NCBI GenBank assembly: GCA_030390025.1
Contig: CM059437.1
Span: 13,330,001 to 13,394,000 of the forward strand
Source of the DNA: Squalus acanthias
Taxonomy: Eukaryota
Reading direction: 5' to 3'
Length of the DNA stretch: 64,000 nt
The position numbers and the translations under genes are program-made. A model generated the notes under the pieces. It had not been told where the DNA came from and did not search any database. It saw only the letters and a program-made list of their open reading frames with translations. Below are positions 54,005 to 64,000 of this stretch, piece by piece; position 1 is the stretch's first letter, and each line of letters opens with the position of its first letter.

Positions 54005-54273
54005 CAGTAATCCCTCCCCAACCGCAGGGGGATACGTCCCTGAAAACCCCCGTGGTTAGTAAAACCGCGGTTGGCAAATACAGTATAAATGTTCAAATAA
54101 CACAATTAAAAAAATATAAAAGCAATAAAATCATATTATTTACCTTAATCCTAAATTAAAAACCGCGTATACGCAAAATTCACTGCCGCGGTTGGCAAAA
54201 GTTGTCGCAGAGAGGAAACCGTGTATACTTGAAATCCGCGTATGGCAAAACCACGGTTGGGGCAGGATTCCTG
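54005..54273. mobile_element. Tigger/pogo-like MITE, 269 bp
   Basis: TA|cagtaatccctccccaaccgc ... acggttggggcaggattcctg|TA: imperfect ~21-bp TIR with TA TSD; repeated accgcg/cgcggtt subterminal motifs. Confidence 0.85.
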
Positions 54274-56017
54274 TATACTCAAGAGCAAGTTACTGCCTTC
54301 AGGATAGGTTCGAAGAAAATGGAGGGGGAATATAAAATTTGAGCAATATTGTTACTGACCAAAAGGCAAACAATTAACCAGTTTTAAAAAAAATATATTA
54401 TAGCTTCGCACCATGAATTTTCGCAAAGTGGCTAGCACCTTTTAAAAATGAAATACACTTGATGTTAGGCTGGAGCAATGTTGACAAAGACAGCTTGCAA
54501 AGTATTAAAATTCAAGAAAGCAGATGGCTAACGAGAAAATGCAACACTTTGTAAAATTCACTAAACGTAAACTCCTTGCAAAGGGACGGGGAGCCTGTTC
54601 ACAAGCCTTCACCAATGCCTCTGTGAAGACAGCTACAGGGAGGTGCAGAGCAGCACATGTTGAGAACTAGACCGTTTTTTTCCCCATCCTTTGTAAAGAA
54701 GCGCTTGACCTAAAGCCAGGACTTCCCCGCAAAGATTACAAATAGTGCTGAAGGTCGTGGGCATTAACCTGCACCTCTCGGTCCATACTGCTTCAACATA
54801 CGGCACCACTCTCGCACAACTATTTATTCACTCCAGTGGAAAGAAGGCCTTCATCCATCAGCAATACCAAGCCAAACACAGCAGCACCATCAGGGCAAAG
54901 TCAGAAATAGCTAGTACTGTACAAAATCTAGATCAGTTCAGTGAGTGTTCAAATCCATAGCTAGATAATATGGGTACCACTCCAAATATGGAATAATCTA
55001 TTAAAAAAAAACTTAGCTCACCAAAAAAAAGGCCAATACAGAGAGACAAGCTGCACTGAATTAAATTAGAGATCTCAATTACATAAACTGCATCATCACC
55101 AACTATCTCCTCAGCAAATTGGCTGCACCAACTGTTTGCCAATGCACTGACTAATCCTGATCCAGGTCATGAAATTCATCTTTGAACAACCTGGATACGT
55201 TTCATTCTTAAAGTGCAGACCATTCCACTGAAGTGAACGCTTGCGTTAAGAGTATCATGACTGAATAATGTTGGTGGTGATAGAATGATTAAGATTGTGA
55301 TGTTATTGCTTGTGGTTGTGCAGGCTCATATACAGTCTGACCCCATCTAGTAGATACCCTGTTGTATAGAAGTACATATAGCCTAGAGCTGATCACATGG
55401 CACTATACCACAGCCAGAAACCTAGAGGAAGACATGAACATCTAGATGGAGTGCAAAATATCTTTAAAAGGATTAAACCGCAACAAGAAAAGATGCATTC
55501 AAACCGCAGCTTCCTCTGGAACAAAGCATATACATATACCAAGCTCAATCTTTCATTATTTAGCACCTAAATGCCTTTTCCAAAGTTTCAGTAAATCAGC
55601 TCAAACTGAATACAGTTGTATCGTATTACTTTCTCTATTCACCAATAGCTCTGCTCAATGACTTCAGATTATATTTAAATAAACTCGAGTGTAAGAACCA
55701 GATTTCATTATGTTGTGCAGAGCAGAACTAACTGCTGTAAAATCCAAACCAATGCTTTGATGAAATTTGCATACTGTACACACAATGAAGATATAGGGGA
55801 GGACTAGTCTCAAAGCTCATCTGTGCAACCCACCCTATCAAACATTTTGCATTGAAATTATAAAATTTGGCCCTGGAGCCAAATAACAAACTGTGCAACA
55901 AGTAGTCGCCCATACATCTATCAAGCCAAAATTTCCAATTGCAAAAGAAGATTGAGAGGCCAATAGAAAAGCCCTCACTACCTAGTGTTCCAGTAACACA
56001 CCCAAACAAAATAAATT

Positions 56018-56063
56018 TAGATTATGCTAAACTATCAATACACTAGATTATGCTAAACTATCA
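56018..56063. repeat. 20-bp direct repeat tagattatgctaaactatca, period 26
   Basis: Copies at 56018-56037 and 56044-56063. Confidence 0.85.
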
Positions 56064-56689
56064 CAAGTATTCCAAATATTTGTTCTGAGTGTTTGAAAAT
56101 TGGCAGACTATTTAAAAATAATCCAATGTACAAATACTAAAAGGGATAAGGGAAGTGGGTTTTTGAAATAATTTAATGTCAGTTACGACAGAAAACCCAA
56201 TGCTCCCTTAACCTTTACGTTCTCAACTCAATACAAATCCATACAAAGCAGTGGACTAGATGAGGAAAGCCTACTTCACATCTTATGAAATTTGAGAGAG
56301 ACGTTGCCAGACTGTTAGTTCACAGCTAAGGCAGAATAGTTACTAGTACTTAAGCCACACCTCACCATGTTTTGTGCCAAGAGCAGAGCTGTTGCAGCTG
56401 CCCCTCAACATTTATCAATCTTAAAAAGTCTGTGTGAAGTACTCATGGAATTCCTGCAGTGAAGCTTCACCCTGCTCCTTCTGCAGATGGCACTTAATCC
56501 CATTGTTAACACATGGAATTCTGTCCCTTTATGCTCAAGTCCAAACACACCATCACCAATCAAACCAAGGTTATTGCAGCATGCACTGGGAAAGCCACAA
56601 GGACAGAACACAATCATGGGGTACAAATGAGTTGATCTCGAGCACCGGCTTAACCCCACCTAGAGTACCGTGTATAATTGTGGTACTAC

Positions 56690-57066
56690 AGTGGGAACTA
56701 CTAACTTTGGAAGGGTGCAGAGGAGGGCAACTAAACTGATACGAGATTATGCATGACAAGGAATCAATGAATATTTTCATTGGAGGAAAGATGGTTTAGG
56801 CGGACCTTGAAGATTCTAAGCGGTACAGATAACCAAACCCCAATACATTGCTTGGTATAACCACACACTAACCAGTGGTTGCAGATTCAAGCTCAGAAAA
56901 TAAAGGGTGAACAAACGACTTCACACAAAGGGTTATGAATTTCTGTAATTTAGCGTCAGTAAATTTAACAGGGAGCGAGACATTGTTATTTCGCCAAAAG
57001 ACGTAGCTGATAACAAGAAATGCAAAGTGTGGTATTTTTGAACCAGCTAGATGGACTGATTCCCAC
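56690..57066 (+). mobile_element. Old CR1 3' remnant
   Basis: ttggaagggtgcagaggagggcaactaaactgata (LE.VQRRATKLI) and ttcacacaaagggttatgaatttctg (FTQRV.N.W). Confidence 0.6.
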
Positions 57067-57525
57067 AGAAACCTGAAATTCAAGTCTATTTTGCTCACAG
57101 CAATTACCAATGGAGTAGGCTATTCAGCCCCGAGTCTGCGCCACCATTCAATCAGATCATGGCTAATCTGTACCTCAACTTAATTTACCCGCTTCAGCTC
57201 CATATCTCTCTCAATGCCCTTACTTAACAAAAATTTATTGCTCTCAAGTCTTGAAAGCTCCGATTTTCCCAGCATCCAGCCTTTTGGGAGAGATAATTCC
57301 AAATGTGTCCGTAACATTTCTCAAAGTGCTTCCTGATTTCATTCCTAAATGGCCTAGCTCTAAATTTAAGATTATATCCTCGTTCTTGATTCCCCTATCA
57401 GAGGTTATAGTTTCTCTGTATCTACCCTATCGAATCCTTTTAACATTTTCAACACCTCAATCAGATCACCCCTCAGGTCTTCTATACTCAAGGGAATAAG
57501 CGCCAAATTTATGCAGTCTGTCCTC

Positions 57526-57641
57526 CAATGTTTCCCCTCATTTTTGGACGCGTGCCCAAAATTTAACATTAGAAAAGCCGGTCCTGGGCCGCTCGGGACT
57601 GGCAGAGAGTTGCGCGGCCGCGCAGCTTAGAGGGAACATTG
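57526..57641. mobile_element. hAT-type MITE, 116 bp
   Basis: TIR caatgtttccc... / ...agagggaacattg with a perfect 8-bp TSD ctgtcctc (57518-25, 57642-49). Confidence 0.9.
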
Positions 57642-58409
57642 CTGTCCTCATAAATTAACTCTATAAGCCCTGGTCTCATTCTGCACTGCACCCCCTCCAA
57701 GATCAATATATCCTTCCTGAGGTGTGGTGCCCAAACTGAATGCAGTATTCCAGATGGGGTCTGACTAACTCTCTATAACTGAAACATAACTTCCTCCCTT
57801 TTGTATTCCAGTCCCCTTGAGAAAGGCCAACATTCCATTAGCCTTTTTGATTGATTTCAGTACCTGTCTACTAGCTTTAAATGGTGTGTGTACTGGGACT
57901 CCCAAATCTTTTTGCTCCTCTACAGTTCCTATTTTCTCACCATTTTGAAAATACTGATTTATCGTTCATAGGTCCAAAGTGGATGACCTCACACTTGCCC
58001 ACATTAAACTTCATCAGTCATAGTTTTGCTCTCACACTTAAGCTATCTATGTCCCTTTGCAACTGCCTGCTCCCATCTGCACTACTTACTGTCTCTCCTA
58101 ATTTAGTGTAATCTGCAAATTTGGATATATAACGCTCTAATCCTTCATCCAAGTCATTAATAAATATGGTGAAAAGTTGAGGCCCCAGAACAGATCCCTG
58201 GGGAACACCACTTGTCTTATCCTGCTAATCTGAACACATACCCTTTATTCCCACTCTGTCTCCTACCTCCCAACCAATTTCTGACCCAAGTCAAAAGACT
58301 ATATCCAATTCCATATGCTCCCATTTTTGCCAATAATCTTTTGTGTGGAACCCTATCAATTACCTTTTGGAAGTCCATACAGATAACATCCATAGCCACT
58401 TTCTTAAAA

Positions 58410-59205
58410 TATTCGTTCATGGGATGTGGGCGTCGCTGGCAAGGCCAGCATTTATTGCCCACCCCTAGTTGCCCTCGAGAAGGTAGTGTTGAGCCGCCTT
58501 CTTGAACCGCTGCAGTCCGTGGGGTGAAGGTACTCCCACAGTGCTGTAAAGGAGGGAGTTCCAGGATTTTGACCCAGCAATGATGAAAGATCGGTGATAT
58601 ACTTCCAAGTCAGGATGGTGTGTAACTCGGAGGGGAACTTGGAGGTGGTGGTGTTCCCATGCGCCTGTTGCCCTGGTCCTTCTCGGTGGTAGAGGTCGCG
58701 GGTTTGGGAGGTGCTGCCGAAAGAGCCTTGGCGAGTTGCTGCACTGCATCTTGCAGATGGTACACACTGCAGCCACAGTACGCCGGTGGTGGAGGGAGTG
58801 AATGTTTAAGGTAGTGGATGGGGTGCCAATCAAGCAGGCTGCTGTGTCCTGAATGGTGTCGAGCTTCTTGAGTGTTGCTGGAGCTGCAGTCATCCAGGCA
58901 AGTGGAGAGTATTCCATCACACTCCTGACTTGTGCCTTGTAGATGGTGGAAGGGCATTGGGGAGTAAGGAGATGAGACACTTGCCACAGAATACCTAGCC
59001 TCTGACCTGCTCTTGTTGCCACAGTATTTATGTGGCTGGTCCAGTTAAGTTTCTGGTCAATGGTGACACCCAGGATATTGATGGTGGGGGATTCGGCGAT
59101 GGTAATGCAGTTGAATGTCAAGGGGTGGTGGTTAGACACTCGCTTGTTGGAGATAGTCATTGCCTGACACTTGTGTGGCGTGAATGTTACCTGCCACTTA
59201 TCAGC
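58410..59205 (-). mobile_element. CR1-group LINE 3' fragment (distinct family; apparent partner of the 12723/27775 SINE)
   Basis: ORF 58465-59160: ILGVTIDQKLNWTSHIN...IYKAQVRSVMEYSPLAW...SLHHRRTVAA; 3' UTR shared with the SINE tails. Confidence 0.88.
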
Positions 59206-59599
59206 CTATGTCTACCTTATTAATGACCTGCTCAAAAAATTCAACTAGATTAGTCAGACATAACTTACCGTTAACAAAGCCATACTGGCTCTCTATGATC
59301 AGCTCATATTTGCTCAAGTGCTCAGTCATTCTATCCGTAATTACAGATTCTAGTAGCTCCCCCACAACTGACAAACTAACAGGCCTGTAGTTACCTGGTT
59401 TCTCTCTCAATAAGATCACCTCTCATTCTTCTAAACTCTAGGGAATATAGGCCTAATCTACTCAATCTCTCCTCATAGGATAATCCCCTCATCCCATGGA
59501 TCAGTCTAGTGAACCTTCGTTGCACTCCCTCTAAGGCAAGTATATCCTTCCTTAGGTAAAGAGACCAAAACTGAACACAGTACTCCAGGTATGGACACA

Positions 59600-61702
59600 T
59601 TCCTATAAAAGGGGGAAAGGAAGGGCATCCAAAGCTAGAGCTCCCTGCGTGACTAAAGATAGAGGTTAAAATGAAACAGTAAAAGGAGGCTTAAAGGACC
59701 AAGCTGAATATAGAAAGTACAAAGGAGATCTAAAAAAAGGCAATAAGAGGGTCAGAGAGAGTATGAGAATAAATTAGCAGCTAACATAAAAGGGAAGTCA
59801 AAGGAAGGAAGGAAGGAAGGAAGGAAGGGGCCGATTGGAGACCAAAAAGGAGATCTTGCGGAGGCAGAGGGCTTGGATGAGGTACTAAATGAGTACTTTG
59901 CATCTGTCCTCACTAGAGAAGAGGATACTGCCAATGTAGCAGTAAAAGAGGCAGTAGTGATATTGGATAGGATAAAAACAGATAAAGAGGAAGCACTTAA
60001 AAAGGTGGCAGTCCTCAAAAGTAGAAAAGTCACCTAGTCCAGATGAGATGCAAGGGTGGAAATTGCAGAGGCTCTGGCCACAATCATCCAATCCTCCTTG
60101 GATATGGGAGTGGTGCCAGAGGACTGGAGGATTGCAAATGTTACAAAAAGTAGAGAGGGATAAACCTGGCAACTACAGGCCAGTCAGCCCAATGTTGTTG
60201 GTGGGGAAACTTTTAGCGACAATAATCTGGGACAAAATTAATTGGCATTTAGAAAAGTATGGGCTAATAAATGAAAGTCAGCACAGATTTGTTTAAGTCA
60301 AATCATGTTTGACTAACTTGATAGAGTTCTTTGCTGTAGTAATGGAGAGAGTTAATGAAGGTAGTGCAGTTGATGTGTCTATGGACTAGCAAAAGGCATT
60401 TGATAAAGTACCACACAATAGACTTATTAGCAAAATTAAAGCCCATGGAATTAAAGGGACAGTGGCAGCATGGATACAAAATTGGCCAATGGACAGAAAG
60501 CAGAGAGTAGTGGTGAATGGCTGTTTATCAGACTGGAAGGAAGTGTTCAGTGGTGTTCCCCAGAGGTCGGTATTAGGTCCAATGTTCGCTTTAAGCTGCG
60601 CGGCTACGTGGCGCTTGAGGTCCCACGCAGCCAGTGAGCCAGCTTTTAATTAGAAAAAATGCTCATGCGCGGAATTTTGAATGGCCTGCACAGCCCGTGA
60701 AAGGGGCCGGCCGCACAGGCCCAAAAAGATTAGAGGGAACATTGATTAAGATCACTGCTCTTTTTGATATATTAATGACGTGTACTTGGGTATACAGGGC
60801 ATAATTTCAAAGTTTGCAGATGATACAAAACTCAGAAATGTCGTAAATAATGAGGAGGATAGTAACAGACTTCAGGAGAACAGACAGACTGGTAAAATGA
60901 GCAGACACGTGGCAGATGAAATTTAATGCAGTGTGAAGTGATACATTTTTATAGGAAGAATGAAGAGAGGCAATAGAAACTAAAGGGTACAATTTTGAAG
61001 GGGGTGCAGGAACAGAGAGACCAGGGGATGTATATACACAAATCTTTGAAGGTGGCAGGATAAGTTGAGAAGGCTGTTAAAAAAGCATGTGGGATCCTTG
61101 ACTTTATTAAGAGGCATAAAGTACAAAAACAAGGAAGTTATGCTAAATCTTTATAAAACACTGGTTTGACCTCAGCTGGAGTACTGTGTTCATTTCTGGG
61201 CACCACACTTTAGGAAGGATGTCAAGGCCTTGGAGAGGATGCAGAAGAGATTTACTAGAATGGTACTAGGGATGACAGACTTCAGTTATGTGGAGAGACA
61301 GGAGGAGCTGGGGCTGTTCTCCTTCGAACAGAGAAGGTTAAAGAAATTTGATAGGTGTTCAAAATTATAAATGGTTTGGATAGCAAATAAAAACTGTTTC
61401 CAGTGGCAGAAGGGTTGGTAACCAGAGGACATAGATTTAAGGTTATTGGCAAACGAACTAGAGGAAACATTTTTTTTTTTTTTTTTAAACACAGCAAGTT
61501 GTGATCTGAAAGGGTGGTGGTGGAGCAGATTCAATAGTAACATTCAAAAAAGAGAATTGGAGAAATACTTGAAGGGAAAAGATTTACAGGGCTATGGAGA
61601 AAGAGCAACGGGGTGGGATTAATTGGATAGTTCTACCAGAGCGCCGACACAGGCACGATGGACTGAATGGCCTCCTTCTATGCTGTATTGTTCTATGATT
61701 CT
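59600..61702 (+). mobile_element. Long degraded CR1 LINE (RT domain to 3' tail)
   Basis: [41 protein letters not shown] and EYCVHFWAPHFRKD motifs; ends ttctatgattcta. Confidence 0.9.
60580..60744. mobile_element. hAT-type MITE, 165 bp, same family as 57526
   Basis: caatgttcgctttaagctgcgc ... ttagagggaacattg; degenerate TSD attaggtc/attaagatc; interrupts the CR1 VLGP.LF motif. Confidence 0.85.
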
Positions 61703-64000
61703 AAACCCATAAATATTCTAAAAACCAATGTACTTTTTATTGCACAGATTTTCCATTACTATTCCCTCCAACTCTCTCCTTACAGCCTCTTTTAAGCATG
61801 TTGCAGATTGGAAAGTACAGAAACATTCCCACTATAATCACAATGAGGGCACTGTAATACAGGGATATCCAACCTTTTAAAGCTGTGGGGCCAGATACAT
61901 TAAAACCAATAAATGGCCAAATACGATTATGCAATAATACGAGCTCCCATCCACAAAAATAAATACCCCTGCACAGTGTATGACACTCAGAAGTGAGATC
62001 TCCATATAAACAAAACAACCGCACCCCTTTACACACAAAAAGCACCTCCTCCCATGCACACAAAGTGAGACCCTCCCCATACACAAAAAGATAGCCCTCC
62101 CATCCTCCCTTTCAGAAGCATTTTTCCAACCTTCCAGACCCAGTAATTTCAAAGAGCTGAAGCCGAAAGCTGATGGTCAGCTTTGCGCACAATTGCAAAA
62201 AAGATAGGAATCAGCAAGAGCTTCATAAGTGTGTTCAAAGGAGTTCACGGGCTGTGTCATGGACTTCCCCGCTGTAATAGGTCAGAAATTCTCTCAGGTC
62301 GGGAACAGAAGGGAAGGATGGACAAATGGACCCAAAAATAAACTATTTGGGGTACTCATGTTCTCCTAGATAGGCTAAAAAGTAATGTGTCACCAGTTTT
62401 CCTGTTTAGTGCATACATGATATTTAATTCTATTTGAAAACTGACCTTGATATTTCTCCCATATGCTGGAGAGATATGGAGAGGTCAGGTGCATCAGTGC
62501 AGTCAGCATCCTGTTGTGCTGACTAGTGATAATGGTTGTTGAATGATAATCTGATTTGGATAAAATTATTAGACTGCTAAAAGCAAAGTCCAAAGACACA
62601 GCCTGGAATTCAGCACAATTCATGTGCTACCAACCTGACCAATGTATAATCTGAAGCAGCAAGCCTCTGGAAAAACCTGTACAAAGCTGGGATGCAGTCA
62701 AGACACAATCTGCATGTCACACGTTGGATCTAATCCTGCTAATGTTCAGTTGCCTGACATTCAGTCAGATGACATTTACTACAGTCTGTAAATGTCTGTC
62801 TGCATAAACCTATTTCCCAGTAAATGCTCTGGAATTTTGTTGGATTGGGTGATCAAATAGCATTGCAATTCTATTACAAAGTCTAGAGCAATTACTTCTA
62901 CCAGCAACCTTACTCAAAAATATTTAGGTCCATAGGTTTTCAAATCTCTCAGACTTGACACACTAGCTGTGAAGCTCTTATAATCAATTTATAACAATGG
63001 GTACATTTCAAACAGTGCAATATCAAAACATATTATGGAGGTCTTGGTCTAGCTGGGACAACTGGACAAGCAAGCTCAAAATGACAGAGGACTTCATAAT
63101 AAACTTTTAGTTCTAGATTTCACAAGATCGTGGCTCAACTCTAGCAATAAAGTAATGGATATTTAAACAGATTTTTATTAATCTTTGACAAATGAATTCC
63201 TCTAAAACGGACAGGAACAATTCTTCTAAACAAGTGCAATTTTATCATAAAGAGCCAAAATTCCTTCCAGCGAGAACCCCTTATTGTCTTGGGTTTCTGT
63301 TGTGTAGCGGTCATCATGTTCGCCTCACACACGAAAAGTCCCTCCTTCAAAACTAGAACCCCTTAGTCTACATGAAAAGTTTCTTCAATACTTATAACAA
63401 AAATATCATTTTAACCTGAAGACAACGTTTTGTACGAAGAATTAGGGCATCTAATTTTGTTATTCACTGTCCACTTTCCGAAATGTGCAGGTTGCACAAA
63501 ACTCAGGTAAATTAAAACCAATTTTTTTTAAACCACTACCTTTGGAGAGAGTTTTTATTCACCAAAAAATAAAATGGTCCTTTTTTTTTGCCGAGGTCTG
63601 CAATGGGCTTCGATATGATCCGCAATAACCAACCTGGCTCAGAGGCCAAGTAAAGGGCTAGCCAAGTCAAATTAGTTTTCTAAGCTGGTGATAATGTAGT
63701 CTAATGACAGACTCTAAATTCTTGACTACATAGAATCTGGTTCATGTTACAACTTGTGATAGTACAGGTGGCCCTCACAACTCTGCCATCAGTATGATGA
63801 CATTTCAGAGTACGTCAATGAACCGTCCCCTCTTGCAGCACTTCCAGTCAGTGACCTCACATCCCCCATGAACTAGAATCTGCAGTCTTCCGCCTCTGCA
63901 GTGACCTTGTATAGGTTTCTCAATTCTAGACTACTCGTGCCCACTGCATTGGATTTCTCTCTAACCTCCTCCAGAAGATGGTATCATCAACACACCACAT

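Larger units (their letters stand above)
57108..59597 (-). mobile_element. Composite of minus-strand CR1 fragments with nested insertions
   Basis: [26 protein letters not shown]...SQYGF...CLTNLVEFFE and [11 protein letters not shown]...[12 protein letters not shown] motifs; interrupted by the hAT MITE (57526) and the LINE at 58410. Confidence 0.85.

Overview
Eukaryotic, AT-rich, repeat-rich vertebrate DNA. The repeat set (HE1-type V-SINE, Deu-SINE, abundant CR1, RTE, Harbinger-type MITEs) points to a cartilaginous fish. The window holds most of SPOP (MATH-BTB-BACK CUL3 adaptor) on the minus strand: 8 coding exons (50602 down to 6958, 980 nt, 326 codons), all with GT-AG boundaries and consistent phases. 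Neither the last coding exon nor the true promoter was found in the window. Most entries in the ORF track are chance ORFs or LINE fragments. The most unexpected feature is in the 13.8 kb intron between the MATH and BTB exons: an orphan first exon of nucleoporin TPR (31049-31200, same strand as SPOP) with its splice donor and a CpG-rich housekeeping/bidirectional-type promoter. It could act as an internal SPOP promoter. Also noted: inverted CR1 copies flanking an in-frame 357-nt BTB exon block, a candidate poison exon, LF-SINE-like and other ancient SINEs, a SINE/LINE partner pair and several DNA-transposon families. Protein and repeat family names come from recalled reference sequences, not database searches; repeat boundaries are approximate unless TIRs or TSDs are given.
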